A DNA stretch of 64,000 nucleotides from Candidatus Gottesmanbacteria bacterium (GTDB taxonomy: Bacteria; Patescibacteriota; Microgenomatia; UBA10105; UBA927), in NCBI GenBank assembly GCA_023245335.1, contig JAHFKK010000001.1, positions 235,282-299,281 on the forward strand, given 5' to 3'. The position numbers and the translations under genes are program-made. Of this stretch, positions 46,369 through 55,249 are shown piece after piece (the first letter of the stretch is position 1; the number at the start of each line of letters is the position of its first letter). The notes beneath the pieces were generated by a model that was given only the letters and a program-made list of their open reading frames with translations, was not told where the DNA came from and ran no database searches.

Positions 46369-48476
46369 TGAACATTATCATGCACTCCGGAAAAATTGTG
46401 CGCGTGTCTCTCATCAGTTTTATCCTGCTGTTTCTTGAGCTCCTCTTTATACGCCTCGTCGGAACGGAAATACGGATATTTGCGTATGTGTCTAATCTTG
46501 TCTTATTGACAGTCTTCATCGGGTCCAGTGCGGGGATCTTTATCAAGCGCCGGTTGAGCCTCGAAAGTAGTGTGGTGTGCATGACACTCCTCACCGGCGG
46601 CATTGCCTTTCACGTATTTTCCGATATCACTACCTTGGTGGCGCCCTTTAGTGATAGTTTCATTTGGTATTCAAATACGACCGCGACCATGGTGCAAATA
46701 ACCTGGGGCATCACCCAAATACTGTTTCTGTTTTTCGTGATTTCTCTGGTATTCGCGCCGATCGGTCAATATCTCGGGGAAGTATTAAGTGGAAATAAAC
46801 ACCCCGTCATTTTCTATTCCATGAATTTGATTTTTTCCGTGATTGGCATGTGGGTTTTTTATCTTTTTTCATTCGTCAATATATCCCCATATGTCGGGAT
46901 ACTCGTCGCAGAACTTCTGATCATTGTGCTCATTCCTTCGGAAAAACGACGCACGTCACTCATTTTTGTAGGTATTACACTTCTTTGCGTCCTTGTTTCG
47001 ATGCCAAAAACCATAACGGTATGGTCGCCATACCAGAAGCTGAGTGTCGAAGCCGAGAAATACAACGATATCATGCCAAACCAAAAAACGATCAGCGTCA
47101 ACAACGTGGGATATATGAGCATTCTCGATCTCTCAAAGCAAAACACTGATCGTTATAAAATACAGCTGATAGCGCATAATATCGTTTCTCCAAGCGAAAT
47201 TAACTTTCAGAATCTGTACGACGTGCCGTATCTCCTAAAACCGGAGGCACGCGATGCATTGATCATCGGCGTCGGCGGCGGTAATGATGCCGCCGCGGCC
47301 CTTCGTGCGTCCGTCCGGCGGGTTGATGCGGTCGAAATAGATCCGCAGATTATAGCGCTTGGTACCCAATATCATCCGGAACACCCCTACACGGATAAGC
47401 GGGTACATATCGTCATAGATGACGGCCGCTCGTTTATCCGGAAATCCAAAGAAAGATACGATGTGATAGTCATGGGATTTGTCGATTCGCATACCACGAA
47501 TTCCACGATGACCAACATACAGCTCGATAACTATTTATATACGGTAGAGAGTTTTCGGGAAGTAAAAAATATTCTTAAAGCAGACGGTATTCTGTATCTG
47601 TTTATCGACGTGCCTCGTGTATGGATGGGAGAGCGTTTACAACAGACACTCACCGCGGCATTTGGTCAAAAACCGCTCGTTTTTTCTCTGGATTCGTATT
47701 TTTCCGGAGGTGGGACCGTTTTTATAGCGGGAAAAGACCAGAATAAACTACAGGAAGATGTATTACGGGTATCGGGACTCAAGCAATTTATCGATAAGCG
47801 AAAAATAAGTTACGATAATCGAACAAATATTTTGACCGACGATTGGCCATATCTGTATCTGAAAAATCAGCATGTCCCGATGCTGCATGTCATCATCGCG
47901 TGTGTACTATTGGCCGTATTTCTATTATTTGGGAAACGAATATCGTTGTATTCCCAATTCCACTGGACATCGTTTTTTTTGGGAGCCGGATTTCTTCTCT
48001 ACGAGTTTCAGAATATTACCAAAACGTCACTCTTGTTTGGGAATACGTGGATAACGAATTTGTATACTATTACCGGTATTCTTCTGTTGGCTCTGCTTGC
48101 CAATATGACGTATCTAAAACATCGCGTGCCCTTGTGGATTTCGTACGTGTTTCTGTTCCTTTCTTTCGTACTTGAAGTGGCTATTCCGACTTCGTATTTC
48201 AGTGCGTTGCCTTATGGATGGAGAGTGCTTGTGGCAATATTCTTTTTAAATGCGCCGTTATTTTTTTCCAGCCTCATTTTTATCTCGGTGTTTACCCGAT
48301 CAACAAATAGGAAATCCGTTCTTGCGAGTAACTTCCTGGGTTCTTTTGTTGGGGGAGTGTTGAGCTTTCTTTCGTATGCGTTCGGGTTGCACGCACTCCT
48401 TTTCGTCGGAATGATCCTGTATGGTTTATCGTTTCTTTTTCTGAATCGAACCATCACTCGCCGCTTTTCACCCTAG
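46368..48476 (+). CDS. membrane-fused spermidine synthase-like methyltransferase (TM, SAM domain, TM)
   Basis: WSPYQK, LIIGVGGGND, VEIDP, DDGRSF, TDDWPYLYL. Confidence 0.88.
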   Translation: MNIIMHSGKIVRVSLISFILLFLELLFIRLVGTEIRIFAYVSNLVLLTVFIGSSAGIFIKRRLSLESSVVCMTLLTGGIAFHVFSDITTLVAPFSDSFIWYSNTTATMVQITWGITQILFLFFVISLVFAPIGQYLGEVLSGNKHPVIFYSMNLIFSVIGMWVFYLFSFVNISPYVGILVAELLIIVLIPSEKRRTSLIFVGITLLCVLVSMPKTITVWSPYQKLSVEAEKYNDIMPNQKTISVNNVGYMSILDLSKQNTDRYKIQLIAHNIVSPSEINFQNLYDVPYLLKPEARDALIIGVGGGNDAAAALRASVRRVDAVEIDPQIIALGTQYHPEHPYTDKRVHIVIDDGRSFIRKSKERYDVIVMGFVDSHTTNSTMTNIQLDNYLYTVESFREVKNILKADGILYLFIDVPRVWMGERLQQTLTAAFGQKPLVFSLDSYFSGGGTVFIAGKDQNKLQEDVLRVSGLKQFIDKRKISYDNRTNILTDDWPYLYLKNQHVPMLHVIIACVLLAVFLLFGKRISLYSQFHWTSFFLGAGFLLYEFQNITKTSLLFGNTWITNLYTITGILLLALLANMTYLKHRVPLWISYVFLFLSFVLEVAIPTSYFSALPYGWRVLVAIFFLNAPLFFSSLIFISVFTRSTNRKSVLASNFLGSFVGGVLSFLSYAFGLHALLFVGMILYGLSFLFLNRTITRRFSP

Positions 48477-48607
48477 CATTATAAAGTAAGCTACGAGCCC
48501 TGGGGATTTTCCGGAGGCATACCAACTAAATCACGTAACAATCGCTACCGTATACATGCATCATGTTTTCCAATAACCATGAAGTGCAGATGCTGGGTTG
48601 GTCATGC

Positions 48608-48814
48608 TTAGATTTTTAGAAACTTAAGAGCTGCGTAGACCACAAATGCCGGCCAAACCATAGCTTTCAGAATTCCGAGCACGCCCACCCAAAACGTCGT
48701 AGCCTGTTGGATGAAATATATCGCGGCTCCGATAAGTCCTATGCCATATACAGCTCCGCAGCCTCCACCAGGAGGGCCGCACCTACCCTTCATCATTTGA
48801 ACGTCTTTTGCCAT
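48608..48814 (-). CDS. small membrane protein
   Basis: GAVYGIG.IGA..Y...FW.GVLG.LKA.VWPAF; GGAGG RBS. Confidence 0.75.
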   Translation of the reverse strand: MAKDVQMMKGRCGPPGGGCGAVYGIGLIGAAIYFIQQATTFWVGVLGILKAMVWPAFVVYAALKFLKI

Positions 48815-48923
48815 ATTTCCTCCTTCACCCACACTATATTGCGGCTTCTGGCGTAGGACAAGGAGATATCTTACAAATTCCGGGATTGAGGCGGCGTATA
48901 TAAACGCGATAACTTCTTCGTGG

Positions 48924-49295
48924 TCAGCGAGGTCCTACTAACTGCACGAGGTTGTCGTCAGCGTCATAAAGAGTGAGAACATATTTATCTGAAGTGGGGT
49001 CTTTGGATGGTGGACCGTGGAACTTTACGTGTTTTGACTTGAGTGTTTCGTAATTTGCGCTTACTGAATCAACCAAGAAATCCACCATATGCCGATGTAT
49101 ATCTTTATTCTTACCTTTAATTTTAGAGTGTTGTCCGATCCATAAACCAACAGGTCCCGATACGAGCAACACGCCCGTGTCGTTGGGATGGTTATATTCC
49201 TTAACGGATTCAAATCCAAGATTTTCTATGTACCAATCAGCGAGCTTCCGGTAGTCAGAGGACCAGATAAGTACATTATTAATTCTTTTAATCAT
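48924..49295 (-). CDS. VOC/glyoxalase family protein
   Basis: WY...LG, F.VD.V...YE.LK and D.D.N.VQL patterns. Confidence 0.85.
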   Translation of the reverse strand: MIKRINNVLIWSSDYRKLADWYIENLGFESVKEYNHPNDTGVLLVSGPVGLWIGQHSKIKGKNKDIHRHMVDFLVDSVSANYETLKSKHVKFHGPPSKDPTSDKYVLTLYDADDNLVQLVGPR

Positions 49296-49446
49296 GGCTT
49301 TAATTATAGCAGACGGCGATATCGTCAAACTCTGGTCTGTCGGCTTTATCGTTGCGTTTCTCGCGTATTCCTGGGGTATCTATTCCTCTATAAGTTAGGT
49401 AACGGTGCATTGCCTTGCTTCCCGTGGGTAATGACGAACGTAATTT

Positions 49447-49869
49447 TCAGCTCACCGCTTTTTTCACGAGTTCGGCGATTTTTGCCTCTGTGGATGGAGT
49501 CAACGCTTTGAGTGCGTAGGCGGCAGGCCACATATTTCCCTCATCCAGGTGCGCCTTGTCACTAAAGCCTAAAGTCGCGTATCTGGTTTTGAATTTGTGT
49601 GCATCCTGAAAAAAACAGATAGTCTTATCATCTTTGGCATATGCCGGCATCCCGTACCAGAGTTTGGGCGTAAGCATCGGCGCACTAGCTTTGATGATCG
49701 CATGGACACGCTTGGCCATCTCGCGGTCCGGTCCCTGCATGGTTTCGATTTTGGCAAGTACGGTGCTTTCGCCGTCGCCTTTATCAGCCTGAAGCTCCCG
49801 TGCGCGTTCCCGCATTGCCGCCCGTTCTTCGTCGGTAAACCCATGAGCTTTCTTGGTAGTAGACTTCGT
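49447..49869 (-). CDS. DUF1801/YdhG-like protein; start codon anomalous
   Basis: [38 protein letters not shown]; TATAAT and AGAAAGGA point to ACG at 49869. Confidence 0.85.
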   Translation of the reverse strand, partial: TKSTTKKAHGFTDEERAAMRERARELQADKGDGESTVLAKIETMQGPDREMAKRVHAIIKASAPMLTPKLWYGMPAYAKDDKTICFFQDAHKFKTRYATLGFSDKAHLDEGNMWPAAYALKALTPSTEAKIAELVKKAVS

Positions 49870-49927
49870 AAAAATATCCTTTCTACTGCAATTATATGTT
49901 TCGTTGGATCTATTACAATTTAATACT

Positions 49928-50383
49928 TTAATCAATCACTAGAACTTGGTTTACTGCATTGGCGGATTCAAGTTTTACGCATTGATCTCCCGCGCCTGCA
50001 ACCACCCATACATGTCCCACCCAGGTGCCTTGGTCATATTTACTATGCGCCTTTACAGTACGGTAATATTTGCGATTTCCATTAAAATCAATCCAATATA
50101 CCTTCAAATCCGCTGCCGTTTGGTTGTCAAACGTTATAGTGGCGGCGTTGAAGCTGCTGGGGGATTTGATGTGCCCTTCTTGCGGGCACCCGGACTCTGT
50201 CGGCTCATTTCTCAACAATTGGGCTATAGTAGGTTGGGGAGCGTTTTCCGGTGCGGGTGTGCTTGTGATGTTCGGAGTAGGACGACTAATCGTGTATTGA
50301 GACGCCACCGGAGGTTTACTATTTACATTATGCCCATTGAATAACGTAGCCAAAATAGAAAACAGAAACGCAAGTATTTTCAT
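49928..50383 (-). CDS. secreted protein with a von Hippel-Lindau (VHL) beta domain
   Basis: Signal peptide, P/T linker, ITFDN......VYWIDFNG....Y..V.......TWVGH.WVV. Confidence 0.8.
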   Translation of the reverse strand: MKILAFLFSILATLFNGHNVNSKPPVASQYTISRPTPNITSTPAPENAPQPTIAQLLRNEPTESGCPQEGHIKSPSSFNAATITFDNQTAADLKVYWIDFNGNRKYYRTVKAHSKYDQGTWVGHVWVVAGAGDQCVKLESANAVNQVLVID

Positions 50384-50515
50384 AGGGATGTATAGACAGT
50401 GATCAATTGAGGTGATTATACATCCTTTGTATTCTATCGTACACATTCTCTATATAAATCCACCTAATGGTACGTTGACTCCAACTCACAAAAAATAGGA
50501 GTCTATTTTTTAGTG

Positions 50516-50821
50516 TTATTTGAGAATCCCTGAAAAAAGTAAAGTAAAAACGAGGACTGTAATCCCTGCAAAAACAGCAACCGTTTGCAGGAAGAGATGT
50601 ATTGCTTGTTTCTTTTTGCCATCGAAATACAACTGAAGCGGCTGATAGAGAAAAAGGTATCCCATAACGGCAGCAGAGAGTGTAAATAGTGAAACGATCG
50701 CAATCGGGACAAGAACAGAATTCACGCCAACTCGATGCTCCGTTCCATAAAACATCAATGAGGCAACGGCCGTGATATATAGAGTTGCTGCAAATGCGTT
50801 GACAAATGGATTTTTTGTCAT
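50516..50821 (-). CDS. hypothetical three-TM protein
   Basis: Hydrophobic 101 aa ORF, LFTLSAAVMGYLF. Confidence 0.75.
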   Translation of the reverse strand: MTKNPFVNAFAATLYITAVASLMFYGTEHRVGVNSVLVPIAIVSLFTLSAAVMGYLFLYQPLQLYFDGKKKQAIHLFLQTVAVFAGITVLVFTLLFSGILK

Positions 50822-50881
50822 CTTTAAGTTGAATATAACATTTCCAGTATCGTGCTTGCTTTCTGAGACGATTTTAGAGCC

Positions 50882-51370
50882 TCACTTCTTTTGACTATAA
50901 AATAATCCTTCAATGTGTTGTAAATCGTTTTTAGGTTCCCGATCGCTTGTGCTTTCAATAATCTCTCCTTTTTCTTTGTCTTCAAATACTATTACCCATT
51001 TACTTCCGTGCTTATTGTACGTACAACCGGGAAAAAGCACATGGTGGTGCCAGTAAATTCCTTTACTTGATAATTCTTTTGCTCGTTCAAGCAACTTACC
51101 AACTTGCTCCGAGGGGGGATTCAGTTTTTCTTCAGTTTCATCTCGTACTACATCAGCCCCATGTAACAAGACAACCAATTCTTTACCAATGTCCATATAG
51201 GGTTCATCGGAATAGACGACATAAAATTGATTATCAGTTACATTTTCTAAGATTAAAGCATATTTAGCGGATTCATTTAACTGACATTCGGGAGTTAAAA
51301 TATGAAAATGCCATTTTTTCTTATTGGCGGAAAACTGTTTTGCTAACGTTTTAATTTCGTCAATAGTCAT
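50882..51370 (-). CDS. hypothetical protein made of two tandem WHxH...PxC..N domains
   Basis: WHFHILTPECQLN and WHHHVLFPGCTYN repeats; TATAAT 6 nt before the ATG. Confidence 0.75.
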   Translation of the reverse strand: MTIDEIKTLAKQFSANKKKWHFHILTPECQLNESAKYALILENVTDNQFYVVYSDEPYMDIGKELVVLLHGADVVRDETEEKLNPPSEQVGKLLERAKELSSKGIYWHHHVLFPGCTYNKHGSKWVIVFEDKEKGEIIESTSDREPKNDLQHIEGLFYSQKK

Positions 51371-51588
51371 GGAGTTATTATAACATCATTAAAATAGCAC
51401 CTCAGAACGGGCTAAACTGTGATCTCCCCGTACCTCAGATTACTATATTGGTAAATTCCGATCAATTCAGCCGGATAATACAGGCTTTCTCTGACATACG
51501 GTATATCGGTGAATTGAGGCAACGATGGGAGAAAATTAAAAGGCTCTCTTTTTTTCAAAACGGGCTTTCTAGCGTATAATATACTTGG

Positions 51589-52076
51589 ATGTATAGAAAT
51601 AGTTATTCTGGTAAGGTTTTTGTCTTCGTCAGGCATCTTTCCGATGTCTGACTTGTCACGCCATCATTTCCAATACTTCGATAGGCACTAAGCACCGCAA
51701 TCATTGTCCGCTGTGTTTATGGTCTAAACACCTCGATCTTAATATCCCAGGAGATAGAAGGTCATCTTGCGGTGCAAGAATGCAGCCAATAGGCTTAACT
51801 CTCAAAAATATTAAAGAGAACTATTTTACAGGGAGAACCAGCGGTGAATTAATGATCGTTCATTTGTGCGTACATTGTGGCAGAATCTCAAGCAATAGGA
51901 TCGCAGGAGATGATAATCCTCATGTCTTGATATCCCTACTTGAAGAATCGAGTACGGTAAATACCGAAACAATAACCAGGTTACATAATCTGGATATCAC
52001 GTTGTTGACTCAAGAAGACAGGCAAAAGGTCTTAACCGCTCTTTGTGGTTATGGCTATCAAGGGTGTTGGAAATAA
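51589..52076 (+). pseudogene. RNHCP-domain zinc-binding protein, frameshifted near the 5' end
   Basis: FRCLTC...GTKHRNHCPLCLWSKHLD..PGDR..C...MQP...C.HCG...N..A.DD lies in a frame with no upstream start; ATG 51589 is offset by one base at a T5 run. Confidence 0.75.
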
Positions 52077-52111
52077 GGATTTAACAAATTCCGAAGAAGT
52101 CGTGGAATTTG

Positions 52112-52183
52112 CTCCCCCGGCTGGATTCGGACCAGCAACCTTCTTCTTAACAGGAAGCCGCTCTACCGTTGAGCTACAGGGGA
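52112..52183 (-). tRNA. tRNA-Asn(GTT)
   Basis: Acceptor TCCCCTG/CGGGGGA, D arm GCTC-AACGGTA-GAGC, anticodon loop CTGTTAA, T arm GCTGG-TCCGAAT-CCAGC. Confidence 0.92.
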
Positions 52184-52229
52184 ATGAGCTATTAAATTTT
52201 TAAGACCAGCCGTTATTCATCGCATTCTC

Positions 52230-52291
52230 TTGAGCTATCCTCCTTCGTTCCTCGTTAAACTCGGAACTACGGCGGGACAGGCAGGGGAATG
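52230..52291 (-). repeat. duplicated tRNA-Asn 5' end interrupted by a 44-nt palindromic element
   Basis: ttgagcta|caggggaatg (52169-52186) recurs as ttgagcta-[52238-52281]-caggggaatg. Confidence 0.8.
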
Positions 52292-52391
52292 TTAAGATCG
52301 AGGCTATTATATCATGAAAATAGGTTATCTACCGTACTTTAGATACGGGCATAGATGTGTTAGTGTGAAATGAGAAAGCGAGGTGAGACGA

Positions 52392-52844
52392 ATGAGTGCA
52401 TGGATGAAAAAGTTACATTGGAACAAAGTATTTATTGCAGGACTCGGATACCTGATCATTTCGACCGTACTGCAGCAGGTAGAGGTCATGTTCACGATGA
52501 AGTATTACCAGGATCCCGCTCTCGTAGGAATCTGGAGTAAGCTCATGATGCCGGTGGCTGGTCCGCCACCGCTCGCGTTTTTTGCGATATCCCTCCTTTT
52601 TAGCTACGCGACCGGATGCACGCTTGCCGCCGTCTTTGAGTTTATGTCGCCGCTTTTCGGCAAGGGATATTGGGGGAAAGTCATCGGATTTACCGACATC
52701 ATGGTCGGACTCGCAATCGTGTTTTCGTATTTCCCGATGTATCTACTTCTCAATATACCGGCAATACTTCTGGTGTGGTGGCTGGTTGCGAGTGCAGTAT
52801 CGATACTTCTGACGTCAATCGTGTTTGCGAAGATGATGAAGTAG
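52392..52844 (+). CDS. hypothetical four-TM membrane protein
   Basis: Hydrophobic ORF, WSKLMMP..GPPP. Confidence 0.72.
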   Translation: MSAWMKKLHWNKVFIAGLGYLIISTVLQQVEVMFTMKYYQDPALVGIWSKLMMPVAGPPPLAFFAISLLFSYATGCTLAAVFEFMSPLFGKGYWGKVIGFTDIMVGLAIVFSYFPMYLLLNIPAILLVWWLVASAVSILLTSIVFAKMMK

Positions 52845-52863
52845 ATTTGGTATCATTAAACAC

Positions 52864-53625
52864 ATGATGGATAGTACCGCCATATTTGTCGGCGTATTGT
52901 CGTTATTGCCGTTTCTCGTATTACTTTTTCGTGGAAAGTATATTTATTTTGAGATATTTGCGTTGTTTGCGATCGTCGTACACGGGATATTTTTTTACGG
53001 GCCCAACATACTTTACTTCCTCGTACTCACCTACATCGTAAGTACGGCCGCGGAACTCACGAGTCTCAAGACGCCCATTTATTGTTTCGGTGTCAAATAC
53101 AGATACAACCTTAATCACCCATATTTTTCTTCGAGAGTGCGGCTCTTAGGAGTGTATCCCTTGGAAATATCGTTGGGATGGGTGATCCTCAAGTATTTAT
53201 CATTTAACCTCACGATGATCATGTCGTCAGCATTCGGATTGCCTATTTATGTGAAGATCTTTCTCGTGCCGATGGTATTGGTGTCGCTGGATTTCATTTT
53301 CGATCCGGTTGACGTTCATGTCCGTAAGCTTTGGAAGTGGGAGAAGGGAAGTGCGTATTTTGATATTCCGCTGCGGAATTTCCTCGCGTGGTATCTGGTC
53401 GGTTTCGTCGCGTCTGTCCCGCTTCTCTGGGTTGGTTTACGCAATCCATTGACCTTTCATTATTTACTTATATTGCCGATTATTTTTTATGCGGTTTTAC
53501 TCGACAATATCCGGTTGCTGCTGAAGCTGGATTTGTATAAAGGAATACTGGGTGCTTTGCCGGCTGTGTGCTGGGTGGCCTTAAGTACAGTGGGGTTATA
53601 CATCTTATATCTTCGGCAGGGATAA
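52864..53625 (+). CDS. carotenoid biosynthesis (CruF/DUF422)-like membrane protein
   Basis: E......T...FG..Y.Y, D...DP, W.W, P..NF..W motifs. Confidence 0.7.
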   Translation: MMDSTAIFVGVLSLLPFLVLLFRGKYIYFEIFALFAIVVHGIFFYGPNILYFLVLTYIVSTAAELTSLKTPIYCFGVKYRYNLNHPYFSSRVRLLGVYPLEISLGWVILKYLSFNLTMIMSSAFGLPIYVKIFLVPMVLVSLDFIFDPVDVHVRKLWKWEKGSAYFDIPLRNFLAWYLVGFVASVPLLWVGLRNPLTFHYLLILPIIFYAVLLDNIRLLLKLDLYKGILGALPAVCWVALSTVGLYILYLRQG

Positions 53626-53629
53626 GAGT

Positions 53630-55249
53630 TTAGTTTCCGGTGGAGCGCGAAGTTTTTTGATATATGGAGACCACCGGATGATCAAATACGGTCCAGGTTT
53701 CCTCTGCCTGTTCGTCGTTTATAGTAAGCGGTCCGAGTTGGGGATAGGACGTGAACGTAGCCACTTTGGTAAATCCCAGTTTACCGGAATCGAGATCCCG
53801 GTAAAATTCATCAGTCTTTTGGAATCCAGCTCCCATGCGACGGATCGTATTTCTGACCTTCGGGCTTTCGATGATGATGTAATTACTTTTTGCCAATGCG
53901 TCAGCTATGACTGTTGATTTGTCGGGTGATTCGGACAGGTAGAAATTAATAGGTATCAGTGCGTAGTTATTTACTTGGAGTGCGGGGCGGTCGAAGTTTA
54001 TGATGCCGTTCCAGCTCTCGAGAAGGATCGTCGCGTGCGGTGGCACATGTGAAGCGATCCAGTCGCTTGCGACTACACTCGTGTGGGGAGTAAGGTAGAC
54101 ATGAAAAAACATAATGCCCCAAATGGTATGAACGAGAAGTACTGCCGCAACCAGTATTTTCCCCGGAAATGATTTCCAAAGTGACGCCAAAAGGATTGCC
54201 GTGAGGAGTGCATAAACCGGGACGAGAGGAGCATCGTAGCGGATGAATTTGAGATATGTGAACGCCAAAAAGATGCTGAATCCTATAGTCCAAAAGGAGA
54301 CGAGTATGAGTGGGAAGTTGCGGTTTGAGCGGTGCCAGAACGAGCGATGACTGAAAATGGTAGCTATACCGATAGGCCCTATGATCGCAAGCGGACCCAG
54401 AGCCGCGATCAGGTTCTCAAACCAAAACAGAGGCGTCGTATGCTGAAACTGCGCGGACCACTCGTATAGAATCGTACCGTTGACGATTTCCGCAATTTCC
54501 CTCGACCGCGAGATGTAGTTGCCTATATCGAGAAACGAGTACGGCGACCCCACGAAGAACATGCCGATCCCGAATCCTGCAAATATGAGAAGAGGAGTCA
54601 GCTTCTTTTGTGCCGATCCTTTAGAAAGCATGATGGCCATAAGCGGTAAAGGTAGGAAGAAATATGCGGTATTTTTTGTCGCAAGCGCGAGTCCAGCCGC
54701 CCCCGCCATACATGCGATAAATCGCAGTCGCCGTGTGTACCAGTAGAGCGCGATCATGTGGAGCTCAAGAAGAAGGAGAAATACTAGAATCGTATCAGTG
54801 GTGTAGAAATGGGCAAGCTGTATGAGGAGAGGGGTGAACGTGATACCGAAGGCCGCGATAAGACCGACAGTAGGACCTACAAAGATTGAGCCGACTGCAT
54901 ACACAAGCGGGATACTAAACGTTGCGAGCGACGCTGAAATGAACCTGCCGACAAGCGTCATCCCTTCGGGAGTCGTCAGCCATGCCGTATGTCCGGTAAG
55001 CGTCGCGACGAGTGCCGCCGTCGCCCGAAGAAGATATATAGAGAATCCGTTGTAATCATGGAATCCCGGAAACATGTGGGAGAAGAATCGTATAGTTTGG
55101 GCGCCTTTTACGATGAATGCTTCATCAGGGTGAAGCATCCCGCCCAAGTCCCAATTAAGGTTCGTAAATCGGAGTGTCGCGCCGATAAGCGTGAGTAGCC
55201 CGACAAATATCATAGGAAAAGCGATGCGACGAAAAGGCCTGTACCACAT
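53630..55249 (-). CDS. GT39-like (PMT/ArnT) GT-C glycosyltransferase
   Basis: LRF.NLNWD....HPDE, AHFYTTD, EETWTVFDHP. Confidence 0.85.
   Translation of the reverse strand: MWYRPFRRIAFPMIFVGLLTLIGATLRFTNLNWDLGGMLHPDEAFIVKGAQTIRFFSHMFPGFHDYNGFSIYLLRATAALVATLTGHTAWLTTPEGMTLVGRFISASLATFSIPLVYAVGSIFVGPTVGLIAAFGITFTPLLIQLAHFYTTDTILVFLLLLELHMIALYWYTRRLRFIACMAGAAGLALATKNTAYFFLPLPLMAIMLSKGSAQKKLTPLLIFAGFGIGMFFVGSPYSFLDIGNYISRSREIAEIVNGTILYEWSAQFQHTTPLFWFENLIAALGPLAIIGPIGIATIFSHRSFWHRSNRNFPLILVSFWTIGFSIFLAFTYLKFIRYDAPLVPVYALLTAILLASLWKSFPGKILVAAVLLVHTIWGIMFFHVYLTPHTSVVASDWIASHVPPHATILLESWNGIINFDRPALQVNNYALIPINFYLSESPDKSTVIADALAKSNYIIIESPKVRNTIRRMGAGFQKTDEFYRDLDSGKLGFTKVATFTSYPQLGPLTINDEQAEETWTVFDHPVVSIYQKTSRSTGN

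Noticed and set aside
51412-51636. 74-aa minus-strand ORF or a recombinase remnant
   Set aside because: No recognisable motif, and it overlaps the RNHCP promoter and start
48873-52093. att repeat bounding an island at tRNA-Asn (acaaattccg at both ends)
   Set aside because: The match is only 10 bp and not part of the tRNA, so chance is plausible, although the region looks accessory
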